From Polyangiales bacterium (GTDB lineage Bacteria > Myxococcota_A > Polyangia > Polyangiales > Polyangiaceae), in contig JBBRNJ010000001.1 of NCBI GenBank assembly GCA_038230375.1, forward strand, positions 1 through 64,000: a DNA stretch of 64,000 bases. The letters are read 5' to 3'. The translations under genes were made by a program, and so were the position numbers. The notes under the pieces were generated by a model, which had not been told where the DNA came from, did no database searches, and saw only the letters and a list, made by a program, of their open reading frames with translations. Of the stretch, positions 52,927-61,762 are shown one piece after another. Numbering within the stretch: the stretch's first letter is position 1; the number at the start of each line of letters is the position of its first letter.

Positions 52927-53466
52927 CTACATCCGGACGCAGATCATCCCGACGAGCGCGATGTTCGAACACTTTGACAGCATGCCCGTGCACCCGGCGC
53001 CGTTCATGCACTCGTCGGAGCAGTAGAAGGTACCGTTCGTGGGGCCCTCGACGCAGAGCGCGCTCGCGCAGTCGTTGCCCGTCACGCACTTGTCGATCCC
53101 GTTCTTGCCAGTGCCGCGCACGCCCAGGTGACAGAAGCAGCCGGTCGTCTCGTCGCACTCGCAGCGCTCCGCCGTCGGGCAGTCCTTGTTGAAGCTGCAG
53201 ACCTTGTTCGAGCCAGTGGCGTCGAACGCGGCGTCCATCGCGCCCGAGCTGCCGTCCTTGCCACTGCTTCCGCTGCCATCCACGTCGGAGGCGCCGCCGC
53301 CGTCATCCGTGGAAGAAGAGCCGTCCGTGGCGCTGCCGGTGGAGCCATCCGTGACTCCTCCCCCGCCACCACCCGAGTTGCTCTGACCGCACGCGGCTAC
53401 GAGGACCGGGAGGAGCAGGAACGACGAGCACGCGATCGAGCCGAGGAGCACCAGGGGACTGCGCAT
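52927..53466 (-). CDS. Cys-rich putative lipoprotein
   Basis: VAAC lipobox, DGS/DGG linker, Cys-rich C-terminus, AAGGAG RBS. Confidence 0.78.
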   Translation of the reverse strand: MRSPLVLLGSIACSSFLLLPVLVAACGQSNSGGGGGGVTDGSTGSATDGSSSTDDGGGASDVDGSGSSGKDGSSGAMDAAFDATGSNKVCSFNKDCPTAERCECDETTGCFCHLGVRGTGKNGIDKCVTGNDCASALCVEGPTNGTFYCSDECMNGAGCTGMLSKCSNIALVGMICVRM

Positions 53467-53496
53467 CCGGTCTCCTTACTGGTAAAGACTCCGTCC

Positions 53497-54321
53497 GTGA
53501 AGCACACTCCCCTGTTCGCTGCGGTTGCCCTGCTTGTCCCTGCGTCCCTCGCCGCGGTCTTCGTGGCCTGCTCGTCGTCTTCCACGAGCACTCCGGTTGG
53601 CACCGGAGACGACGCTGGAGACACCGCGACCGACGCGGCCGCCAGCATCGTGGACGTGGGCGCTCCCATTCCCATCCCCGATCTCGATGCAGGTCCCGAT
53701 CTACTCACCGGCTGCGCGCGCGACCCGGGGCCCATCCCGCCGGCGTTCGCCGCCACGTCGAAGAAGGACCCGCTCGCGGGGGCCTTCACGCTGGACCAGG
53801 CAACGGCGGGCTTCCCCGCTGGCACGGGCACGTGGACGGCTGCAATCTACACGGAACTCAAGGGCATCAAATGCACGCTCGACGACAAGGCCGCGCCGAT
53901 CTCGGTCGCGAACTTCATCGGCCTCGCGCGCGGGACACGTCCGTACAAGCAGAAGACCACCTGGCAGATCGGCCGCTTCTACGACGGGCTCACGTGGCAC
54001 CGCGTGATACCGGACTTCGTCATCCAGGGCGGCGACCCGCTCGGCGACGGCACGGGCGGACCGGGCTTCGATCTCACGGCCGAGAACCACATTGCGGAGC
54101 CAAAGGGCACGCTCGCGATGGCAGCCGGTGCGAAGCCAAGCGGCAGCCAGTTCTACGTCGTGGTCGGCATGGGCCCCTCCGCCGACTACAACGTGTTTGG
54201 CACCTGCGATACGCCCGCGGCGATCGCGGTCGCGAACGTGCCGCGCGACATCGAGGGCGGAACGGACATGCCCCTCAGCCCCGTCCACATGTTGCGCGTG
54301 GAGATCGGCCGCTGCCCCTGA
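53497..54321 (+). CDS. Cyclophilin-type peptidyl-prolyl isomerase, lipoprotein
   Basis: FVAC lipobox, APISVANFIGLA, FYDGLTWHRVIPDFVIQGGDP, GTLAMA and GSQFY motifs. Confidence 0.92.
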   Translation: MKHTPLFAAVALLVPASLAAVFVACSSSSTSTPVGTGDDAGDTATDAAASIVDVGAPIPIPDLDAGPDLLTGCARDPGPIPPAFAATSKKDPLAGAFTLDQATAGFPAGTGTWTAAIYTELKGIKCTLDDKAAPISVANFIGLARGTRPYKQKTTWQIGRFYDGLTWHRVIPDFVIQGGDPLGDGTGGPGFDLTAENHIAEPKGTLAMAAGAKPSGSQFYVVVGMGPSADYNVFGTCDTPAAIAVANVPRDIEGGTDMPLSPVHMLRVEIGRCP

Positions 54322-54452
54322 GCGCTGTCGCCCCCATGTGACAGGCCGATGACGATGCTGAACGCATGTCATCATCCTGCGAACGCCCCGCGAACTTCGT
54401 CGTAATCATTCATTGCGGCGCGGGCGTGGGCCTGGCAAACCATCTAGTTGGG

Positions 54453-55088
54453 ATGCAGGACGAAAGGGCGACACCAACACTCGGACCACTCCTCGTCGTT
54501 GATGACGATGAAAGCATTGTCCGGGTGCTGTGCCGATTGATCGGCAAGGTCTGTCCTGCGGTGGGCGCGACCACCATCGCCGAGGCGAACGGACACATCG
54601 AGCGCGCGCCCCGCCTGACGGGCCTCATCCTGGACGTCCATCTTCAAGAGGGGTCGGGCTGGGAGGTCCTCGTCACCGCGCGCGCGCGCGATCCGTTGCT
54701 CCCAGCCATGATGCTGACCGGCATGCGGTGGTCCAGTCTGGTCGAACAGGCACGGGAGTTCCACGCGATCCCGTACGAGAAGCCGCTGGAGCCGGGCGAC
54801 GCGGTGCGGTTCGCAGAGACCGCACAGAGGCTCCAGGAGAACGCGCCCGCGCGCATGCGTGGGCTCCTGGAGGAGCTCACCGAGCGATGCAAGCTCACGA
54901 CGGAGGAAGCGGGCGCGGTCGAAGACAGCCTCCTTGTTCGCTCCAGCACGAGCGGCGCGCCCAGCTCCGACGGACCAGCCAGCACGCGCGCACCGAAGAC
55001 CATGACGGCGCATATCCTCTCGAAGACCGGCGCGAAGTCCCTTCGCGACGTGCGCGACTCGCTGCTGCGATCCTACTTCGCGAGCTGA
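54453..55088 (+). CDS. Response regulator (REC domain plus degenerate LuxR-like tail)
   Basis: LLVVDDD, ILDVHL, MLTG and EKP motifs. Tail KTMTAHILSKTG. Confidence 0.8.
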   Translation: MQDERATPTLGPLLVVDDDESIVRVLCRLIGKVCPAVGATTIAEANGHIERAPRLTGLILDVHLQEGSGWEVLVTARARDPLLPAMMLTGMRWSSLVEQAREFHAIPYEKPLEPGDAVRFAETAQRLQENAPARMRGLLEELTERCKLTTEEAGAVEDSLLVRSSTSGAPSSDGPASTRAPKTMTAHILSKTGAKSLRDVRDSLLRSYFAS

Positions 55089-55696
55089 GACGCAGCGCCG
55101 GGAACGCACGGAGCAGACAGCTCCGACTTGATGCGCTCTGCTTCCTCGTTCGTGATCTGCGTCGGCCGTGCCGTACCGCCATCGATCAGGACGCGCCACG
55201 CGCCGTCCGCATCCTTCACCCACACGGACTGGAAGAGGCCCTTCATGTAGCGAGAGGTCGCGTTCGGCCGCGGGTCCTCGATGACGTAGGGACCACGCGA
55301 CACCGCCGTGCCCGCGCCCTCCGCGACGACGACGGAGGTGGGATGCCAGCGAAGGAGCACGGACTCCCCCGTGAGGAGTGGCCTCCATTCGGCGAGGACC
55401 GCCTCGCGACCGCGTGTGACGGACTTCTCGCCTTCCACGAACATCGCTTGCGGATGCAGGTGCTCCACGAACGTGCGCTCGTCGTGCGCAGCGACGGATG
55501 CGGCGAACGAAAGCTCACGGCTCCACACGGCGCAGCGTGCGTCCTCGGTGACCGCGGTTTTTGGTGGGCCTGGCGGCACGCTTCCCGTCTCCGTCTTCGG
55601 GCGCTCCGGCGCTTGCGCAGCCCCGCCACACGCAACGAGCGCGAGGGCGAGCGATACGATCAGCGAATGGCGGCTTCGTCTCGCGAGGGCGGTCAC
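55073..55696 (-). CDS. NTF2-like (DUF4440/SnoaL-type) lipoprotein
   Basis: LVAC lipobox, ELSFAA, LRWHP, SRGPY and SVWVKDADGAWRVLIDGG motifs. Confidence 0.85.
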   Translation of the reverse strand: MTALARRSRHSLIVSLALALVACGGAAQAPERPKTETGSVPPGPPKTAVTEDARCAVWSRELSFAASVAAHDERTFVEHLHPQAMFVEGEKSVTRGREAVLAEWRPLLTGESVLLRWHPTSVVVAEGAGTAVSRGPYVIEDPRPNATSRYMKGLFQSVWVKDADGAWRVLIDGGTARPTQITNEEAERIKSELSAPCVPGAASQLAK

Positions 55697-55708
55697 GCAG
55701 CGATGATA

Positions 55709-56797
55709 TCAGGCCGCGGTGAGGGCGGGCGGGGCGCGGTGACGACCCGGCAACGCAAGGCGAAAGAGCTTCTTCACCACGCTCTTGAACTGGCCGAACA
55801 GCGAGCCGGTGTTGTAGCGCAGGCCGTACTTCGCACAGATGACGCGGAGCCGCTTTGCCATGGCCGGATAGCGATGCGCCGGGATGTCCGGGAACATGTG
55901 GTGCTCGATCTGATGCGAGAGGTGCCCCGAGAGGAAGTGCGTCACACGTCCGCCCTCGAAGTTCGCGGAGCCCATGAGCTGCCGCAGGTAGAAGTGCGCG
56001 GTCGACTCGTTCGTGAGGCACGACGGATCGAACGTCTCGGTCCCATCCGGGAAGTGCCCGCAGAAGATGACCGTGAACGACCACACGTTGCGCACCAGGT
56101 TCGCGACCAGATTGCCCAGGAACACGGCCGGCGCGTGTGGTCCCGCGAGCAGCGGGAAGATCACGTAGTCCGGCAGCGCCTGGCGCACGGCCTTCTTGCC
56201 GATCTCGCGCAGCCGGCGCGCCTCGTCCGGGTCGCGCTCCGACTTCTTCTGGAAGATGAAGCGACGCACGTCCACGTCATGCAGGCCCACGCCCAGCTGG
56301 AACGACAGCGCGAGCCACGCTGCGTAGAGCGGCTGCAGCAGATGCCCGGGGTGCCAGGGCTGCTCCTCGCTCACGCGCAGGATCCGGTAGCCCAGGTCGT
56401 GGTCCACGCCGCGCACGTTGGTATATGTATGATGCAAGTAGTTGTGGGAATGCCGCCACTGGTCGCTCGGGCAGATGTGGTCCCACTCGTACGTCTGGGA
56501 GTCCAGGTCCTTCGCGCGCGCGAAGTCGTACTGCCCGTGCAGCACATTGTGACCGATCTCCATGTTCTCGATGATCTTGGCGAGCGACAGGCAAGCCGTT
56601 CCAGCCACCCACGCGGGGGGAAAGAACGAAGCGAAGAGCAGGCCGCGGCCGAGCACGGCCAGCACGCGCTGCGCCCTCATGACGCGGCGGATGTAGCGAA
56701 CATCGGCCTCGCCCAGGTCCGCCTTGACGGAGAGATGAAGCTCCTCGACCTCGCGGCCGAAGGAGTCGAGCTGTTCGGGGGTGAGATTGTGATCCAT
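55709..56797 (-). CDS. Acyl-CoA (fatty acid) desaturase, DesA3/DesB-like
   Basis: His boxes HNVLH, HNYLHH and QIEHH, plus ENMEIGH. Confidence 0.94.
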   Translation of the reverse strand: MDHNLTPEQLDSFGREVEELHLSVKADLGEADVRYIRRVMRAQRVLAVLGRGLLFASFFPPAWVAGTACLSLAKIIENMEIGHNVLHGQYDFARAKDLDSQTYEWDHICPSDQWRHSHNYLHHTYTNVRGVDHDLGYRILRVSEEQPWHPGHLLQPLYAAWLALSFQLGVGLHDVDVRRFIFQKKSERDPDEARRLREIGKKAVRQALPDYVIFPLLAGPHAPAVFLGNLVANLVRNVWSFTVIFCGHFPDGTETFDPSCLTNESTAHFYLRQLMGSANFEGGRVTHFLSGHLSHQIEHHMFPDIPAHRYPAMAKRLRVICAKYGLRYNTGSLFGQFKSVVKKLFRLALPGRHRAPPALTAA

Positions 56798-56810
56798 GTC
56801 TTGCTCCTGG

Positions 56811-57956
56811 TCAGAGATCGAGCACCACGTTGCCGACGGGTTCGTTCACGCAGATGCGGATGTCCACGTTCGCGTCGGTCGACAGCTCGCCGGTGCGAAT
56901 GTCGCGCGTCACGCCGGACACCTTCCTGCACGTGCAGGAGTGGCAGATGCCCATGCGGCAGCCACTCCTTGGCGTGAGCCCTGCGTCCTCTGCCATGGCG
57001 AGCAGAGTGCGCGAGCCCGTCTGCGTCTTCGCTGCGCGAGCGAATACGACCTCCGGCGCAGGCCCCTCTGCGCCTATCGTCGCGTGCTCTTCCAGGCTGA
57101 AGGCCTCCGCATGGAGTCGCTCGCTCGCGCCCCGCTCCGCATAGAGCGCGGACATGGCGGCAAGCAGCCCCGGAGGTCCACACACGAACGTCTCGCGCTC
57201 TGCGAAATCCGGGACGTGCGCGACGAGGTCCGTGCGGGCATCGCAACGGCCGAATGGCGCGCTGACGGCGCTCGGCTCGTCGTCCGTCCACACCAGGATC
57301 TCGGCGCCCGAAAAGAGCGCGTGCTCCTGGAGCTCCTTCGCAAAGACCACGTCCGCGGAGGTACGTGCATAATACACGAATGTTGCGCCATGGGCCTGGC
57401 CGCGGAGCGCAAGCTCGCGGAGCATTGACATGACTGGCGTGATTCCGCTGCCGCCGCTGACGAAGAGCGGGCGCGACGGCGGCGTCTCCGGCAACACGAA
57501 CGTCCCCTGGGCCTGCGAGATCGCAATGATGGCCCCCCGCTTCTGCCGCCACACGAGCTCAGGTGTCACGGCACCACCCGGCCGCGCCTTGATGGTGATC
57601 TCGATGGTGCGCTTCTCGTCATGGAGGGCCGGCGCGCTCGCGATGGAGAAGCAACGCGTGCGTCGAACGCCGGCGACCTCGGCCTCCACCATGATCCACT
57701 GCCCCGCGCGGTGCCCGCGAAAGAGTCCATTCGGACGCAGGACCAGCGTGGTCGTATCCGCGGTCTCGGGCCGGACAGCAACGACCTCCGCAAGGATCTC
57801 CTTCCGCGACAGGAGCGGAAACACTTCTCGCAGGTAGTCCTCCGCGGACTTCGGGTACACGAGCGGCGCCAGCACCGCCTCGATGAGGCCCAGTGCGCGC
57901 GAGGCTGCGGACGGACGTGTGCTTGTCAGCCCGGACGGGCTTTCAACCTGATGCAT
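56811..57956 (-). CDS. Ferredoxin reductase partner of the desaturase (FAD/NAD domain plus 2Fe-2S)
   Basis: RCFS, GGSGITP, CGP and CRMGICHSC...C motifs. Confidence 0.94.
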   Translation of the reverse strand: MHQVESPSGLTSTRPSAASRALGLIEAVLAPLVYPKSAEDYLREVFPLLSRKEILAEVVAVRPETADTTTLVLRPNGLFRGHRAGQWIMVEAEVAGVRRTRCFSIASAPALHDEKRTIEITIKARPGGAVTPELVWRQKRGAIIAISQAQGTFVLPETPPSRPLFVSGGSGITPVMSMLRELALRGQAHGATFVYYARTSADVVFAKELQEHALFSGAEILVWTDDEPSAVSAPFGRCDARTDLVAHVPDFAERETFVCGPPGLLAAMSALYAERGASERLHAEAFSLEEHATIGAEGPAPEVVFARAAKTQTGSRTLLAMAEDAGLTPRSGCRMGICHSCTCRKVSGVTRDIRTGELSTDANVDIRICVNEPVGNVVLDL

Positions 57957-58024
57957 GACTTCTCCTCCGGACCCGACAGGGCCCGTTCAGACGTGGTTGG
58001 TTTCGCGGCAGGACTCCTTCGGTC

Positions 58025-58762
58025 CTAGCGCTTCTTCGCGTGCTTCTTCTTGCTGAGCGCGGAGGCCGCGCCCGACTCGTTGGCTTTGCGGACTGCGCGC
58101 TCCATCTCCCGCGCGAACATGATCCGCACGGCCTCCAGGCTCACTGGACGTATCTCTTCGTAGGCAACGTTCAGGTCTGGCCCCAGCGCATCTCCGCGCT
58201 TCACGATGAAGTCGGTCAGGTCAGAGGCCAGGCGCGAGAGATGCTTCTTCATCACCTCCGCGGCATCACGGCTCACGTCCGTGGGAACGCCGACCTTCTC
58301 CATCCGGAGCACCAGCGCAAACAGCTGGGGGCTGTCCACCAGGTAGGCGTCGCCGCGGCGCTCGATCACCTTCGCGCGCAGGAGCTCCGCAGCAAGACCA
58401 GGCCTGTGCCCGGCGAGCTGTTCCGCGAGCTCTGTGTCGCTCAGGATCTTCGGACGATCGCCATCCCACGGCTGGGACAGGCGCTCGTGCAGGCCAAGCC
58501 ACTCCTCCACGGAGTACGCGCCCTTCTCGGACTCGGCGAGCACCTCGCGGATCGCCTTGATCTGGAGCCCGCGATCCTGCAGCTTCGCGATCAGCTCCAG
58601 GCGCTCCTTGTGGGCCATTCCGTAGTACGCAACGCGACCGCGGATGTCCGGCTTCGGCAGCGCCCCTGCCGACTGATAGAAGCGGATCGTGCGGCTGGGC
58701 ACCCGCGTGAGCGCGGCCAGCTCGTCGATCGTGTAGCTCGCAGTGGGGTCCGCCTCACTCAT
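58025..58762 (-). CDS. MerR family transcriptional regulator
   Basis: YTIDELAALTRVPSRTIRFYQSAGAL...IAKLQDRGLQIKAI. Confidence 0.92.
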   Translation of the reverse strand: MSEADPTASYTIDELAALTRVPSRTIRFYQSAGALPKPDIRGRVAYYGMAHKERLELIAKLQDRGLQIKAIREVLAESEKGAYSVEEWLGLHERLSQPWDGDRPKILSDTELAEQLAGHRPGLAAELLRAKVIERRGDAYLVDSPQLFALVLRMEKVGVPTDVSRDAAEVMKKHLSRLASDLTDFIVKRGDALGPDLNVAYEEIRPVSLEAVRIMFAREMERAVRKANESGAASALSKKKHAKKR

Positions 58763-58772
58763 GACTGTGCTA

Positions 58773-58801
58773 GTTATAACCGTGACAGTTGCTGCTGTCA
58801 A
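58773..58801 (-). promoter_or_regulatory. Sigma-70 promoter TTGACA-N17-TATAAC with an overlapping TGACAG-N6-CTGTCA operator
   Basis: The minus strand reads TTGACA GCAGCAACTGTCACGGT TATAAC, ending 10 nt before the merR-like ATG. Confidence 0.75.
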
Positions 58802-58869
58802 CGTTGCCCGGTCTCTTTTCTGCGAAGAAGTGACATGCTCGCCGTCGGGTCCCGCGCGGAGGTGTCGTC

Positions 58870-59283
58870 TTGCATCTGATCAGCTGTGGCGAGTGTCGGC
58901 GACACGTGAAGGCATCTGCAGTGGCGCGTGGCGAGGCATGCCCCTTCTGCGGCTGCGCTGCTTCGGACCAGGCGCGCAGCGAGGCTGCGTCGTTCGCTCC
59001 GGACGCGCGACCGCGTGATCGCTCCGTCTTGCTCTTCGGCGCGGCCGCCATGGCGAGCGCGCTCGCGGTCAGCGCATGTGGAAAAGAGAGCGACGGCCAT
59101 GGCGGCGGCATGGTGATGCCCTACGGCGCACCGATCACGGTCACGCCCGACGCGTCGCCGTCGATGCCCGAGCCCCGCGCCTCTGCGACCAACCCCGAGG
59201 CTCCAAGAGATGCAGGCGCCTCCCCCATGCCGCTGGCGCCCGCGTACGGCGGACCGCCGCCGCAGTCCTCTGGCAAGAAGTGA
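58870..59283 (+). CDS. Small Zn-ribbon protein with an internal lipobox-like segment and two YG-x-P-like motifs
   Basis: GGAGG RBS and TTG start. CGECRRH...CPFC, LAVSAC, MPYGAP and PAYGGPP. Confidence 0.7.
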   Translation: MHLISCGECRRHVKASAVARGEACPFCGCAASDQARSEAASFAPDARPRDRSVLLFGAAAMASALAVSACGKESDGHGGGMVMPYGAPITVTPDASPSMPEPRASATNPEAPRDAGASPMPLAPAYGGPPPQSSGKK

Positions 59284-59286
59284 GCG

Positions 59287-60033
59287 CTACGGAAGCTTCG
59301 CCGGCACCGGAAGCGTGAGGCCCGCACGGACCTCGGTCACGATCTGCGCGGACAGCGCGGTGTCCGCCTGCTCGCACGCGCGCGAGACATCGCCGCTGAT
59401 CGCGCCCTTGCACTCCTTGCCGCGCTTCTTGTACGCAGCCAGGATCTTCGCGTTCTTGAGCAGCGCGTCCCTGGTCTGCGCCTCGTAGATGCGGAACGGG
59501 AGCGGCGCGCCCTTGGGCTGCGGTGGACGCCGCTCCGTGACCTCGCCGTCCTCCAGTGAGTAGCAGTTGCCGTCCCACCGCAGCACGAGCCAGCCCGTAC
59601 CACCGGAGCCGACCACGATGCCGCCAGCCGGTGGCGCACGCCGATGCAGCGCGAGCACCTCTTCGTCGAACGCGAGGCGCGCACGTGCGCTTGCGCCGCC
59701 GTCCGCGTTCCATGCCTCCACGTCGCCCTTCAGGTACATGCGCGTGAACGGTGACTCCTTCGCGAACATCGTGAGCGCGACGTCGAAGAGCGGCGCGTTG
59801 CAGAGCCGCCTCACGAACGCAGGATCCGGAACGCATGGTGTGGCGTCGCCCGCGCACGTCTTCGGAATGCCCGCTGACCTGGGCTCTTGCGCCGTTGCCC
59901 CCTCCGCGAGCGGCGGAACGCCGGCATCCGCGGTCGCGTCCGGACCCGCACTGTCCGTATGTGCGGGCTCCTTTGGGGTGGCCTTGCCGCCGCACGAAGA
60001 GAGCAGCAAGAGGACGATCAGAGCGCGCGTCAT
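59287..60033 (-). CDS. Putative lipoprotein
   Basis: LLSSC lipobox, DAG linker, Cys pairs. Confidence 0.75.
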   Translation of the reverse strand: MTRALIVLLLLSSCGGKATPKEPAHTDSAGPDATADAGVPPLAEGATAQEPRSAGIPKTCAGDATPCVPDPAFVRRLCNAPLFDVALTMFAKESPFTRMYLKGDVEAWNADGGASARARLAFDEEVLALHRRAPPAGGIVVGSGGTGWLVLRWDGNCYSLEDGEVTERRPPQPKGAPLPFRIYEAQTRDALLKNAKILAAYKKRGKECKGAISGDVSRACEQADTALSAQIVTEVRAGLTLPVPAKLP

Positions 60034-60115
60034 GCCTTCGCCTCATCATCGCCGCCGTGGGTCTCGATGAACGCCTGGAGCCTGCTCTTTGTGATTCCGC
60101 GCATCGGATGTTCGC

Positions 60116-61513
60116 TCAGCGCGTCAGCTGTCGGTACTCGGCGACCAGGTCGGCCGTGTTCGCGTTGGGCGCGGTCTGCGTCATGAAGCTCGTGGACGGA
60201 CCGACCGCGCTCTTCGCGGATTTGATGCGTGTCCCCGACTCGTCAATACGCGACGCGAACGCATCATGCACGGCTGCGAAGTCCTTCATGCCAGTCGCTG
60301 TCACCAGCGCGGCCTGCTCGTCGGCCGGCAGCTGCTTCGCGTAGAGGGCCTGGAAGTAGTCCCATGCTCCTGCAAACTCGGCCTTCGCGATCATCAGGAT
60401 GTCCATGCCCGCGATGAACGACTGCGCCATCAGGCGACGCTTCTCCGTCAGCGAGAGGTTCTTCGTGCGACCCCAGGTCCAGAACGCGTCACTCACGGTC
60501 ACGCCCTTCAGGCCCATCCCACGCACCGCGGTCGCATGGCCCTGCGCATCCAGCCCGGAGGCCGCTCCGTCGATGCTGCTGTCGCCGCGGAGCACGCCTT
60601 CAAGGATGACGGGAGACAGCGTGGCCGGAGTGCTCGAGCCGTCGAGGATCTTGTAGCTCGCGTGGCTGACCATGGTGCCGAAGTTCGGCCAGGTGCCCGC
60701 TGCGTTCACGGACGCCGTGGCGGAGCGATACGGCGAGAGCTCGCGCTCCACGGCGTCCTTCGTGACGGAGTACGTGTGCACGCTGGGATCCACGTCGGTG
60801 TTGCCGCTCGCGTTGCCCAGACCGGGGAAGTGCTTCGTGATGAAGACCACGTGCTTCTCTTCGCCGTACGCCTTGGTCATTGCCGTGATGCAAGAGGTGA
60901 CGATCTCCGGAGTGGCGTCGATGGCCCGCGTGCGGAACATGCCGGGCGTGCCCGAGTGCTGCGTGTAGAGGTCTGACACCGTACCGAGCGCCATGTTCAT
61001 GCCGATGGCGGACATCTCGCGCGCGGTGATGCGGGCGTGCAGCTCGCACACGCGCGGGCTCTTGTTCTTGGCGACCGCACGACCAAGCGAGGCGCCGTCG
61101 ACAAGATCCGTGAAGCCCTCGAGGGACTTGAAGCGCTGCGTGCCGTGCTCTTCCTGGTCGGCGGCGTAGAACACCTCTGGCGTGCCGGAGTCGTGCGCGC
61201 TGCGCGAGTACGCGGACACCATCTGTCGCGCGGTGGTGCCCGGCGCATTCGTCGGGTTCCACAGGATCACCGCGCCCAGGTTCTTGTGCTTGATCATGTC
61301 GTGCACGTCCGAGTACCCGGAGGGCACGACACCGAAGTGCTCAATCATGAAGAACTGGCCGATCGCCGCGTTCGGCGTTCCCGAGAAGAGCGCTTGCTCT
61401 TGCGACTCGTCCACGCTGCCTTCATCGGGGGCGGAGCTGCACGCCGCGAGCGAGAGGACCGCTGCGGAGAGGAAGAGCGCACGACCAGAGGACGCGAGGT
61501 GAGCGAGGCGCAT
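60116..61513 (-). CDS. Glycoside hydrolase family 3 N-terminal domain lipoprotein (NagZ-like)
   Basis: LAAC lipobox, AADQEEHG, KHFPGLG, MVSHASY, PATLS, VSDA and AGMDILM motifs. Confidence 0.85.
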   Translation of the reverse strand: MRLAHLASSGRALFLSAAVLSLAACSSAPDEGSVDESQEQALFSGTPNAAIGQFFMIEHFGVVPSGYSDVHDMIKHKNLGAVILWNPTNAPGTTARQMVSAYSRSAHDSGTPEVFYAADQEEHGTQRFKSLEGFTDLVDGASLGRAVAKNKSPRVCELHARITAREMSAIGMNMALGTVSDLYTQHSGTPGMFRTRAIDATPEIVTSCITAMTKAYGEEKHVVFITKHFPGLGNASGNTDVDPSVHTYSVTKDAVERELSPYRSATASVNAAGTWPNFGTMVSHASYKILDGSSTPATLSPVILEGVLRGDSSIDGAASGLDAQGHATAVRGMGLKGVTVSDAFWTWGRTKNLSLTEKRRLMAQSFIAGMDILMIAKAEFAGAWDYFQALYAKQLPADEQAALVTATGMKDFAAVHDAFASRIDESGTRIKSAKSAVGPSTSFMTQTAPNANTADLVAEYRQLTR

Positions 61514-61621
61514 AGGCATGATGTAGCAGAATGTATGCCCATGTGTACGTAAGTAATTACAGTCACTTGGCTGGCACCCACCCACTCGTTCCAGGCCCGG
61601 TGATGGACGATGGATCCAGAT

Positions 61622-61686
61622 CGGGGGTCGAGGGCGACGTCGAGGTCGACGGCGAGGTCGAGGTTGGGGTCGAAGTCGAGGTCGGC
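61622..61686. repeat. Degenerate (GAGGTC/GACGTC/GAAGTC)n intergenic tract
   Basis: About 10 degenerate hexamers between the divergent GH3 and wHTH genes. Confidence 0.75.
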
Positions 61687-61762
61687 TTGTCGCTCGTCGG
61701 GGTGACAGGGCGAGGCACCGATTTCGAGATCGGCGGGGTTGTCTCGCGACACTTTGGGGACG

